64,000 bases of DNA from Desulfurococcales archaeon. Lineage in GTDB: Archaea > Thermoproteota > Thermoprotei_A > Sulfolobales > NBVN01. A program made the position numbers and the translations under genes. A model generated the notes under the pieces. The model was not told the origin of the DNA, did no database searches, and saw only the letters and a program-made list of their open reading frames with translations. Shown in pieces: positions 1-8,926 of the stretch. Where the stretch lies: positions 12,805-76,804 of the forward strand of contig WAKQ01000009.1 in the NCBI GenBank assembly GCA_015523295.1, in the 5' to 3' direction. Position 1 is the stretch's first letter, and the number at the start of each line of letters is the position of its first letter.

Positions 1-2
1 AA

Positions 3-1103
3 GATCTTCTCAGGGAGGGAGGCGTTGATAACGCGTGGGTAGACAGCGTGGGGAACGTGGTTGCTAGAGCGAAAGGCGGTGGTGCTGGCTCTATACTCCT
101 AGAAGGCCATATGGATACTGTTGAGGTAGGTGATCTAAGAGGATGGCATGTAGATCCCTTCTCAGCTAGAGTAGTTGACGGAGTTCTATATGGGAGAGGC
201 GCTACGGATATGAAGGGAGGTATCGCCGCTCAGATCGCGGCTGTAAATAACCTGAAGGAGCTTGATGTAGATCTATATCTTGTTTATACGGTGCTGGAGG
301 AAGTGGCTGAAGGGGTAGCCTTTAGACATGGCGTTAATGAGGTTATGAACGGGGCGTTACCCGATGTTGTTGTGACTGGGGAGCCAACATCATTGAACAT
401 TTCCCTTGGTCAAAGGGGTAGGGCCTTGGTAAAGGTTGAGCTGACGGGGTTAACCGCCCATACAGCCCTTCCTCATGAAGGCATTAATGCCCTTTCTTCA
501 TCGGCAGACTTCATTAGAGCTGCAACGAGGGAAAATTCGAACTTGCTGCCTGAGGATAAAGTTCTCGGGAGGGAGACCTCAACTCCTATAGGGATTGCAT
601 GCACTCCTCAGAATCTCCCCCAGCTTCCTGACAAATGCATCCTCACCTTCGACCACAGGACGGTGCCAGATAGAGAGAAAGAAGTGCTTAATTACTATCT
701 TGAGATATGCTCTACTCTTAAAGAAGGTGGGAGATGTGTGGACTGCACTGCCGGAATTGTTGAGGGCAGGTTGAGGACTTGGAGAGGTGTGGAGCTAAAT
801 TACCGGAACTTCTTTCCCGGATGGATTAACAGGGATGAAGCCATGGTTAAGGAAGTCCTTAGGGCCGTTAAGGAAGTATACACAAGAGCCAGAAGGTATT
901 ATTGGAGGTTCAGCACGGACTTAGTCTATACTTCAGGGGAGCTGGGTCTCCCGGGTCTAGGTTTAGGGCCGGGTGATGAGAGTATGGCGCATAAACCGGA
1001 TGAGGGTGTAAGCGTCAAGGAGGTTGCTAAGGCTGTGGAAGAGTACCTGAGACTTATTAGCGCTTTGGATACTTACATACCTTCAAGGCTGAGGCGACCT
1101 TAA
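3..1103 (+). CDS. M20-family metallo-deacylase (ArgE/DapE/acetylornithine deacetylase-like); the 5' end runs off the window
   Basis: The frame is open from base 3 (DLLREGGVDNAWVDSVGNVV...), so the GTG at 48 is probably internal. Motifs GHMDTVEVG and GRGATDMKGG are typical of M20 peptidases/deacylases. Confidence 0.8.
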   Translation, partial: DLLREGGVDNAWVDSVGNVVARAKGGGAGSILLEGHMDTVEVGDLRGWHVDPFSARVVDGVLYGRGATDMKGGIAAQIAAVNNLKELDVDLYLVYTVLEEVAEGVAFRHGVNEVMNGALPDVVVTGEPTSLNISLGQRGRALVKVELTGLTAHTALPHEGINALSSSADFIRAATRENSNLLPEDKVLGRETSTPIGIACTPQNLPQLPDKCILTFDHRTVPDREKEVLNYYLEICSTLKEGGRCVDCTAGIVEGRLRTWRGVELNYRNFFPGWINRDEAMVKEVLRAVKEVYTRARRYYWRFSTDLVYTSGELGLPGLGLGPGDESMAHKPDEGVSVKEVAKAVEEYLRLISALDTYIPSRLRRP

Positions 1104-1125
1104 AACCTGACATGTGTTGGCTACC

Positions 1126-1515
1126 TTAGTTTTTCCCTTTGATGTACGCGATCGCTTCCATTTCAAGTGGAGCGCCCTTAGGCAGAGAGGACACCTCGAC
1201 AACCGCTCTAGCCGGTTTATGATCCGTGAAGAACTTCGAGTAAACATTATTGAACTCGGCGAACCGGCTTATATCATTGATGTACACCGTCACCTTAACT
1301 ATGTTTTCGACGTCACCTCCTGCAGCCCTAACCACGGATATTATGTTCTTAATCGCCTGCTCAGCCGCCTTCTCAAAGGGTTCCCTGATCAGCTCACCGG
1401 TGAGGGGGTTTATAGGTATTTGACCTGACACGAAAAGGTAGTCGCCTGCGATGACGCCTTGAGAGTATGGGCCTACTGGTTTGGGTGCTTCATCAGTTGT
1501 TATATACTTCAACAC
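1126..1515 (-). CDS. ridA: RidA/YjgF/L-PSP family reactive-intermediate deaminase
   Basis: 129 aa. The N-terminus APKPVGPYSQGV...LFVSGQIP and overall size match the YjgF/RidA family. Confidence 0.9.
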   Translation of the reverse strand: MLKYITTDEAPKPVGPYSQGVIAGDYLFVSGQIPINPLTGELIREPFEKAAEQAIKNIISVVRAAGGDVENIVKVTVYINDISRFAEFNNVYSKFFTDHKPARAVVEVSSLPKGAPLEMEAIAYIKGKN

Positions 1516-1567
1516 GTTTTCACCGGATTACTGTATTGATGTAGCTCCTAATATTCTCTACATTATT

Positions 1568-2998
1568 TTATTTGAGCCTGAATATGGCATAGATGTTGGA
1601 GATTAATGGAATTAGCATAAGCAATAGAGTTACTACGTTACCATTTAATAGTGAGGCAATGACTCCAGCGGATGATATTCCAGCCATTACATACGGGGTT
1701 AAGTCCTTACCGAGGTTCTCCTCGCTTTCAGCCTTTGGAGTTATTCTATAGCTGAGTTTAATCCTCAGTAGCCCTAGTAAGGAATACACTCCCAGTATGG
1801 GGAAGAGCACTCCATACACTGCAGACGCCCTCCCTACCTGAACAAGGGTGAACTTGTGGTGGGCAGACTTCACAATTTTCCCGATATTTATATGGAGTGC
1901 TGCGTAGGTGAGGATTATTGACTCTGCGAGACCTAGGGAGATGAGTATGGAGAGGCTGTGAAGCGCTTTAAGGATACCCCATCCAGGCTCCATAAAGGCG
2001 GCAACAAGAGCTAGAATTTCCGCAAGCGTGAACGGTATCGAGAACGATGGCTGAAGCATGTAGAGGAGCATCTCAAGCCTAACTCCGAGGCTGAATGGCG
2101 ATCTCATCACCTTCCTCAAGGTTCTGGAGAGTATCTCTGAGGCTCCGTAAGCCCACCTGCTCTGCTGTATCCTAAAGGATTTAATCTTGGAAGGCACTAA
2201 TACGTCGACGCTCCCTTCAGGAAGTATGTCTGGTTTATAGCCCTTGGCAGCAAGCTTAGTACCCAGCCATATATCATCCTGAATTACGTTGGGACCCCAA
2301 TACCCTACGTCTCTAAGCACGGTCTTCTTTATCGCTGTTCCTGAACCTAAAGGGAATATGAAGAACCCCCCAGCCCATCTTAGTTTATACAGAAGGAATG
2401 ATGCAGTATCCGTGTTAAAGATTAGGGCCTCAGCCAGTCTGGTGCTCTTCAAGCTATACCCTGTCCAAGGCAAGACAACGACATCGCTATTGCTCCCGCA
2501 TATTTTACTGTGAAGCAATGAGAGTGACTTTTCATTAATTTTCGAGTCGGAGTCTAGGATCATTATATAGTCATGTGCAGCTATTTTTGCCCCATGGTCT
2601 AGAGCGCCAGTCCTCCCACCGTAGGGCCTCTCTCTACGGACAACCCTTACAAGGCCTTCGTTGATATAGCCTTCGAGTTCATGCGTTAACCTCTTAACGT
2701 AATCTTCCTCATCATCTGAAATGATGAGGACTTCCCCTTTAGGAAGGGTTGAGGCCTTTAGGGCTTCAGCCTTGGCCTTAGTGGCGGAGACTAGGAGTTC
2801 TATAGGTTCACCTTTTGTGGGAACGATTATAGAGAGGCCTAAACCGCATTTTAAGGAGTTGGATATGTTGTACGAGGGTTTGCTGATGGATGTCAGCCTT
2901 GAAACGTGCTTGCGTGCATTAAGGTAGATTATTATATGATAGCCGAACAGCATTACGAGAGTCAGGGTCGCCAAGAAGATCGCTAGCTGTGTTAGCAT
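1568..2998 (-). CDS. Membrane-embedded family-2 glycosyltransferase (processive, cellulose/chitin-synthase-like)
   Basis: DxD-type motif ILDSDSKI and QxxRW motif RIQQSRWAYG. One N-terminal and several C-terminal hydrophobic helices. Confidence 0.8.
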   Translation of the reverse strand: MLTQLAIFLATLTLVMLFGYHIIIYLNARKHVSRLTSISKPSYNISNSLKCGLGLSIIVPTKGEPIELLVSATKAKAEALKASTLPKGEVLIISDDEEDYVKRLTHELEGYINEGLVRVVRRERPYGGRTGALDHGAKIAAHDYIMILDSDSKINEKSLSLLHSKICGSNSDVVVLPWTGYSLKSTRLAEALIFNTDTASFLLYKLRWAGGFFIFPLGSGTAIKKTVLRDVGYWGPNVIQDDIWLGTKLAAKGYKPDILPEGSVDVLVPSKIKSFRIQQSRWAYGASEILSRTLRKVMRSPFSLGVRLEMLLYMLQPSFSIPFTLAEILALVAAFMEPGWGILKALHSLSILISLGLAESIILTYAALHINIGKIVKSAHHKFTLVQVGRASAVYGVLFPILGVYSLLGLLRIKLSYRITPKAESEENLGKDLTPYVMAGISSAGVIASLLNGNVVTLLLMLIPLISNIYAIFRLK

Positions 2999-3103
2999 GT
3001 CAAGTACCTTTCACTTTCTAAAGGAATCACCTTAAAACTCTTAGCTATTCTGAACACTTTTAATGTCTTTGAGCTATAAATAATTCGGAAAAATACGAAT
3101 GAG

Positions 3104-3511
3104 GTGAACGATATGGTCGGCGTAGAGGCTTTGGCCTCACTGCTTACATTGCTTCGTCTGCCTAAAGTAGCTGCTTTAGTCCTCTCCGTTCTGCTGATCG
3201 AGTCAAGACCTATGAGTCTGAGCGAAATCTCCATCGCTACAGGGTATGCTAAGAGTCACCTCTCCTCAGCTCTGAAGCTTCTGGAGAGTAGCTCCCTAGT
3301 AGAGAGGGTAGTCTATGGCAAGAAAGTGCTCTTCAAGCCAAGAAAGAAGGCATTGGAGAACTTAGTGAGGAAGCATATGGAGGATATAAGTAGGTCGCTA
3401 GGCAACGTAAGGGCTAAATTAACTGACATTCCTTCACTCGAGAAGTCAATAGAAAAAATTGATATTAGATTGAGGGAATTATTGAATCAATTAGGAGGTG
3501 ATGATGTATGA
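3104..3511 (+). CDS. Winged-helix transcriptional regulator (ArsR/TrmB/MarR-like)
   Basis: 135 aa. MSLSEISIATGYAKSHLSSALKLLESSSLVERVVYGKKVLF has a helix-turn-helix plus wing pattern. The stop overlaps the next start (ATGA at 3508-3511). Confidence 0.65.
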   Translation: MNDMVGVEALASLLTLLRLPKVAALVLSVLLIESRPMSLSEISIATGYAKSHLSSALKLLESSSLVERVVYGKKVLFKPRKKALENLVRKHMEDISRSLGNVRAKLTDIPSLEKSIEKIDIRLRELLNQLGGDDV

Positions 3512-3888
3512 CCCTTGTGGTGGAAAGAAACGCATATCACGCCGTGCTCGTCGTAACAGGTAAGAAGGTTAGAACAGGATCCCTCTATAACAGACTTCTG
3601 AGGGGTGCAACACTAAGGAGGACCAGAAACATTGTGTTAAGAATCTATTCTCCTCTGCCGAGACCTAAATACATCGAGTTTCTCAGGGATTTAATACAGA
3701 ACAATATAAGCCATGCGTTAACTGTAACCTATGGCGGTTCCAGCCCTGAAGAGCTTTTATTATATCTGAGGGGGAGGAACGACATTGATGTGTATGTAGA
3801 CGATGGCAAGAGCTCTTTTGCTGAGGTCTTAGCTAGGGAGGGAGTAAAGTATGAAATCATACCGTCCTTGGAGGGTGAGGAGAGATGA
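3508..3888 (+). CDS. Hypothetical protein (126 aa), translationally coupled between the regulator and the radical SAM gene
   Basis: ATGA overlaps at both ends (3508-3511 and 3885-3888). I recognise no motif. Confidence 0.5.
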   Translation: MTLVVERNAYHAVLVVTGKKVRTGSLYNRLLRGATLRRTRNIVLRIYSPLPRPKYIEFLRDLIQNNISHALTVTYGGSSPEELLLYLRGRNDIDVYVDDGKSSFAEVLAREGVKYEIIPSLEGEER

Positions 3889-5453
3889 GCGATAGCGGGT
3901 ACGAGATAGTTATAACTACTGATAGAACTATGATGAGTAACCACCATGGCAAGGAGTTCCTGGGTTTCATGGCTACAGGACCTGCGATAGGGGTGCCTCA
4001 CTGGCTATGGATGTGGATAGCAGCCCCTAAGATGAAAGTGGACAGCGAGGGCAAGCCCGTTCAGGCACCCTATGGGTTGAGGAAGGTAGAAGCTAAGCTA
4101 ATTGATGATGGGTTCAGAGCCGCTATAATAGATCCAGATCATCTAGGAAAGCACTTGAATTCCATGAAGGTACTCATGATAGGTCACCATGACTTCTTTG
4201 CCTACGGTCCGCCAAGCAGTGAGTGGTGGATGGTGACAGGTAAGGAACCCGTGAACAGAGAATCGTTCATTAAGTTCATGAACTCGCCCATAATTAAGAA
4301 GGCTAAGGAGAAGGGGGTTAGAATAATAGTCGGTGGGCCGGCAGCATGGCAGTGGCTTTGGGAACTCGACCGCTGGAAGGAGTGGGGGGTGGATACTGTA
4401 GTTGACGGTGAGGCAGAAAGGGTGATCAGTGGGCTCGTCCAGAAAGCGCTGGACGGCGAGCCCTTACCCGACTACATATATGTAGGACCCCATAACTCTC
4501 CGAGCATAGATGAGATACCTGTGATTAAAGGGGCGAGCGTTAACGGATTAGTTGAGATCATGAGAGGCTGCCCCAGAGGCTGCAAATTCTGTTCAGTGAC
4601 CTTACGGCCGCTTAGGTTCTTACCATTGGATCATATACTCCAAGAGATAGATGTTAACCTAAGGGCGGGAGTTAAAGGTGTGATCCTGCATAGTGAGGAC
4701 GTACTCCTATATCATGCTGATGGAGTCAAGCCAAGGCCGGAGCCTCTATTCAAACTACATGAAGCCGTAGCTAAGAAAGTCCCAGGGCATATAGCGTGGG
4801 CTCATGCGAGCCTTGCAGCGATTAAATATGCTGAGGAAAACCATAAAATAATCTCAAAAATAATGGGTGATATCCTTCACGAGAAGCAGGACTTTCTAGG
4901 TGTTGAAGTAGGTATTGAGACCGGAAGCGTGCGGCTTGCCAAGATCATAATGCCTGCTAAGTCAGCACCCTATCCTCCGGAGAAGTGGCCTGAGGTAGTG
5001 GAGGATGCGTTTGCCATAATGCATGAAAACAGGATAGTTCCAGCAGCAACCCTCATACTCGGCCTCCCTGAAGAGACACCGGATGACGTAGTGAAAACAG
5101 CAGAGCTGCTTGACAGGCTTCGCCCTTACAGAAGCCTCATAGTTCCCATGTTCTTCGTCCCCATGGGAGCTTTAAAGAACATGGACTGGTTTAGGAGAAC
5201 GGCGTTAAGGCCTGAACATATCGACGTTATGATGAAGACGCTTGAGCATTCGCTCTACTGGGCTGAAGACCTAATAAGTAACGTGTACTTAAAGGAAGCC
5301 CATCTAGCACCTGTGAGATTTGCATTAAAGCTATTCCTATCCGTGGTTAAAAAGAAAGCTAGCAAGCTAAGGCCATTAGTGGAGTCTATAATTGAAGGAA
5401 AAATCTCTCCAGCCGAGATAGAGAAAAAGGGTGAGACAGCAGTAACTGCATGA
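3885..5453 (+). CDS. Radical SAM protein with an N-terminal Rossmann/B12-binding-like domain
   Basis: A single CxxxCxxC cluster motif, RGCPRGCKFCSV; these appear to be the only three Cys in 522 aa. The N-terminal about 200 aa has an (IIVGGPAAW) Rossmann-like pattern, as in COG1032-type enzymes. Confidence 0.8.
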   Translation: MSDSGYEIVITTDRTMMSNHHGKEFLGFMATGPAIGVPHWLWMWIAAPKMKVDSEGKPVQAPYGLRKVEAKLIDDGFRAAIIDPDHLGKHLNSMKVLMIGHHDFFAYGPPSSEWWMVTGKEPVNRESFIKFMNSPIIKKAKEKGVRIIVGGPAAWQWLWELDRWKEWGVDTVVDGEAERVISGLVQKALDGEPLPDYIYVGPHNSPSIDEIPVIKGASVNGLVEIMRGCPRGCKFCSVTLRPLRFLPLDHILQEIDVNLRAGVKGVILHSEDVLLYHADGVKPRPEPLFKLHEAVAKKVPGHIAWAHASLAAIKYAEENHKIISKIMGDILHEKQDFLGVEVGIETGSVRLAKIIMPAKSAPYPPEKWPEVVEDAFAIMHENRIVPAATLILGLPEETPDDVVKTAELLDRLRPYRSLIVPMFFVPMGALKNMDWFRRTALRPEHIDVMMKTLEHSLYWAEDLISNVYLKEAHLAPVRFALKLFLSVVKKKASKLRPLVESIIEGKISPAEIEKKGETAVTA

Positions 5454-5547
5454 TAGACTACCCCACATGTAAAACCAGAATAAACAGACTCGTTAGGTTC
5501 TTAACTGATTTATTTAACAAGAAAGATTAGAGGAGCGGTGTCCGAAC

Positions 5548-6798
5548 GTGTTCGGAAATATTAGACTGATCTATATAGCTTCACCTCTTCATGACCCGCG
5601 TAAAACATCTCACCTCATTAGTGCGTTTAAAGAGGCAATAGGGGGATTAGGTACCGATTTAATTGAGTCCGGCCTTGTAACTACTTCAGATGAGGTAAAT
5701 GGTTTAGGATTAAAAGGGGATGAGTTAGCGCTTATCCTCCCAATTACTGGAGGTACAGAAGCTCTAATAGCCGCTATTGCAGGAAGGAGCAAGCACTCGA
5801 TAATCCTATACCATGAGAAAATGAACTCGTTGGCAGCTACCCTTGAGGCAATTTCATACCTTAAATATTCAGGCATACCTGCCACGCTATTACCCCTCAC
5901 AAAAGAGGGATTGGAAAAGCTTCGCTCAGCTGTTACTGCCTGGATAGGGCTTCATAAAATTCCAAAGAAGATGGCACTCATCGGCGAGCCATCGCCTTGG
6001 CTAATCTATAGCTCTGGACCTGAGATAGAAAGGTTCATGAGTGAGGAGTTAGGGATTGTTATAGAGAGAATTCCTTTAGCTGAAGTATACGGGGAGTTCG
6101 ACAACATCAGAGAGGATGTGATGGAGTTGGCTGAAAAGGTAATGAAGCAAGCAAGCTTCATGAATGTGGAGATTCAGGACTTGATTAAGGCTCTAAAGCT
6201 TTATGAGGCAATAAAGCGAGTTCTTAACCACCATAACATAGAGGCGTTCACTATCAGATGCTTCGACGTTATCAATTCGTTAGGAACCACCGCTTGCCTG
6301 CCGCTATCACTACTTAACTCAGAGGGGTTTATCGCTGGTTGCGAGGGCGATCTTCCAGCACTTCTCTCCCTGGCCATAGCTAAAGCCCTCACCGGAAAAC
6401 CAGGCTTCATGGGTAACGTAGCAGACATTAAAGGAAAGGATATTATCTTAACTCACTGCACAGCACCCATCTCAGTCCTTCAATCTTATGGACTGAAAAC
6501 ACATTATGAGAGCGGTATCGGGGTTGGTGTAGAAGGAAAGCTTCCTGAGGGGGAGACGATCACGTTACTACGTGTTGATCCACTATCGGCATCAATGAGG
6601 GTTAACAAAGGCGTAATTCTACGGAGCGGCAGCCTAATAGAGGAAGGTTGCAGGACCCAGGTTCTCATAAGGCTTGAAGAGGGCACTAAAGGGATGCTAA
6701 AGGAGTTCATAGGGAATCACCATGTGATGATGTTTGGAGACCACGTGAATGAGCTTGAGAGAATTGCTGAATACCTCGACTTAGGTGTCATCCATTGA
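5548..6798 (+). CDS. L-fucose/L-arabinose isomerase family protein
   Basis: 416 aa. The FTIRCFD...TTACLPLSLLNSEGFIAGCEGDLPALLSL pattern is typical of the fucose-isomerase-like sugar isomerase family. Confidence 0.6.
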   Translation: MFGNIRLIYIASPLHDPRKTSHLISAFKEAIGGLGTDLIESGLVTTSDEVNGLGLKGDELALILPITGGTEALIAAIAGRSKHSIILYHEKMNSLAATLEAISYLKYSGIPATLLPLTKEGLEKLRSAVTAWIGLHKIPKKMALIGEPSPWLIYSSGPEIERFMSEELGIVIERIPLAEVYGEFDNIREDVMELAEKVMKQASFMNVEIQDLIKALKLYEAIKRVLNHHNIEAFTIRCFDVINSLGTTACLPLSLLNSEGFIAGCEGDLPALLSLAIAKALTGKPGFMGNVADIKGKDIILTHCTAPISVLQSYGLKTHYESGIGVGVEGKLPEGETITLLRVDPLSASMRVNKGVILRSGSLIEEGCRTQVLIRLEEGTKGMLKEFIGNHHVMMFGDHVNELERIAEYLDLGVIH

Positions 6799-8033
6799 GG
6801 AAAGAGTATATCGCTGCATCCTTAGTGCTGATTTCTACGCTTTTACTCCCTTTTGTAGGGTTTCAATCATTAGCAGGTACTTCCAACCAACAGTTCATGC
6901 TGTTCGAGTATGGAAGTTCTGGATGCCCTCACTGCGTGCCTCTACATGAATTCTTACTGAAGACTTACGGGGAGGAGCATCACGAATTCTGCGATATCGC
7001 AACAAATAGAACGTGCTTGATCTACTTTGAGAGATACATAAATGAGACAGGTATGCCGCCTTACGTGCCTCAGACCCTCGTCTTTAGGGCAGGCCGTCTA
7101 ACTTCAATAGTGATAGGTGAAGTAGAGAATAAAACTTTCTGGGATTCCCTTATCATATCCTCAAAAATCTCCAATAACGTAACAATATACTCTGGGATAC
7201 ACCCAGTTGCAGTCCTAATCCTCCCCGTGGATAAGCAGGAAGCGTTCATTAAGGAAGTCATACCTCCGCCTTACTCATTCATGATTTTGAATGAGGTGAA
7301 TACCAGCGTTGTTTCAAGAATTCCATCTGGTGAGGTACCTAACCAACATAATGTGTCATGGGGCAGTAGCTTCTCTAGAGCTACTGCCCTTCTCCTGCCT
7401 CTAGCGTTGGCCGATTCCGTAAATCCCTGCACTTTCGCACTATACGTTGCCCTTCTAACATCTGCTTCGATGGCTGCAGGGAGGAGGTTGATGGTTATTG
7501 CTGGAACCTCCTTCACTCTCTCCGTTTTTGCAGGGTATTTCATATTAGGGTTGCTTTTAAGTATGGGGGCCTCCCTATTACCTTCATGGGTTCTCTCATC
7601 TATTGCCATAGGTTACGGCTTGCTAGTTATCATATATGCTTCCTACAGGAAAAATGATGAAAGAGCTTGTAGGGAGGATAACGCTACCTGCAAGGTATTT
7701 AAACACTTCAAGAGCCTCTCAGGCAGTGTTAGCATAGCGGGTTCAGCAGCGTTAGGGTTTATAGCCTCTTTCACACTCCTCCCTTGTAGCGGGGGACCTT
7801 ATTTGGCTTTCGCTTCTATAGTTTCAAAGACTCCACTCACGTGGAGAATCTCACTCCTTGCACTATATAATTCTATATTCGTAACCCCTCTTATTCTTAT
7901 AACTGCGGGCATGCTAGGCGTCTATAAACTCAGAAACGTTCAGGAATGGTTGATGAAGATGCAGCGGCCTCTGCTCGCTATTTCAGGCCTTCTTCTAATA
8001 GCAGTAGGTCTATATCTATTGCTGCGCTTCTGA
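6795..8033 (+). CDS. Fusion of a thioredoxin-like CxxC domain with a CcdA/DsbD-type thiol:disulfide electron-transfer membrane domain
   Basis: N-terminal signal/anchor, then SGCPHCVPL (CxxC). The C-terminal polytopic domain has the two CcdA-type cysteines in ADSVNPCTFALY and LLPCSGGPYL. Confidence 0.75.
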   Translation: MRKEYIAASLVLISTLLLPFVGFQSLAGTSNQQFMLFEYGSSGCPHCVPLHEFLLKTYGEEHHEFCDIATNRTCLIYFERYINETGMPPYVPQTLVFRAGRLTSIVIGEVENKTFWDSLIISSKISNNVTIYSGIHPVAVLILPVDKQEAFIKEVIPPPYSFMILNEVNTSVVSRIPSGEVPNQHNVSWGSSFSRATALLLPLALADSVNPCTFALYVALLTSASMAAGRRLMVIAGTSFTLSVFAGYFILGLLLSMGASLLPSWVLSSIAIGYGLLVIIYASYRKNDERACREDNATCKVFKHFKSLSGSVSIAGSAALGFIASFTLLPCSGGPYLAFASIVSKTPLTWRISLLALYNSIFVTPLILITAGMLGVYKLRNVQEWLMKMQRPLLAISGLLLIAVGLYLLLRF

Positions 8034-8188
8034 GAATGTACCGGGATTTTCGTTTTATTATCATGTCATTACTTGAGATCGACTGGCATATGCTTCAAAG
8101 AATCAAATTCGTTTCTATTGCCGGATTCTTAACCTGAGCGGCTCGCCTTCTTTAAATCAGGTTTTTATTGGTTATCTTATAGCTCTCT

Positions 8189-8926
8189 ATGTGGAGTGTG
8201 TTGAGCCGAGAGGATGCCGTAATTGTCGATAACTTAAGAAAGGTATTCGGTGATGTAGTTGCAGTAGATGGTCTTTCATTTGAGGTTAAGTCAGGCGAGG
8301 TTTTCGGGCTTGTCGGGCCTAACGGGGCTGGCAAGACTACCACGTTGCGTATTTTAGCCACTATCTTAAGGCCGACAGAAGGAAGTGTTACGATTTTCGG
8401 TAGGGACGTTGTAAGGGAGACTAAGGATGTAAGGAAGATGATCTCTTATTTGCCGGAGGAAGCAGGAGCTTATAAGTACTTGACAGGTTACGAATATCTT
8501 ACCTTTATGGCTCACGTATATGGTGTGGATAAGACCGCATTAGAAGATGGGATAAGGTTATCTGGTCTGGGTGAGGCGCTCCGTAGGTACGTCAGCACAT
8601 ACAGTAAAGGTATGAAGAGGAGGCTACAGGTGGCTAGGACGTTAATGGTTAAGCCGAAGTTGGCAATCATGGATGAGCCTACATCTGGCCTTGATGTTGT
8701 TCATGCTGTATATCTGAGGAACGCACTCAGAGAATATGTCAAGAAGTACAATATAACGGTTGTTCTATCCTCGCATAACATGCTGGAGGTTGAATATCTA
8801 TGCGATAGAGTCGCCCTGATCAATAGGGGTAAGGTAGCCATCATAGGTGCGCCTAATCAACTGCTTCAGGAATTCAGGGCTAAGAACTTAGAGGAGGTCT
8901 TCGTCAAGGTGGTGGGGGATGCTTAA
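8189..8926 (+). CDS. ABC transporter ATP-binding protein (ABC-2/NatA-like exporter)
   Basis: Walker A GPNGAGKTT, signature YSKGMKRRL, Walker B AIMDEPTSGLD. Confidence 0.9.
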   Translation: MWSVLSREDAVIVDNLRKVFGDVVAVDGLSFEVKSGEVFGLVGPNGAGKTTTLRILATILRPTEGSVTIFGRDVVRETKDVRKMISYLPEEAGAYKYLTGYEYLTFMAHVYGVDKTALEDGIRLSGLGEALRRYVSTYSKGMKRRLQVARTLMVKPKLAIMDEPTSGLDVVHAVYLRNALREYVKKYNITVVLSSHNMLEVEYLCDRVALINRGKVAIIGAPNQLLQEFRAKNLEEVFVKVVGDA

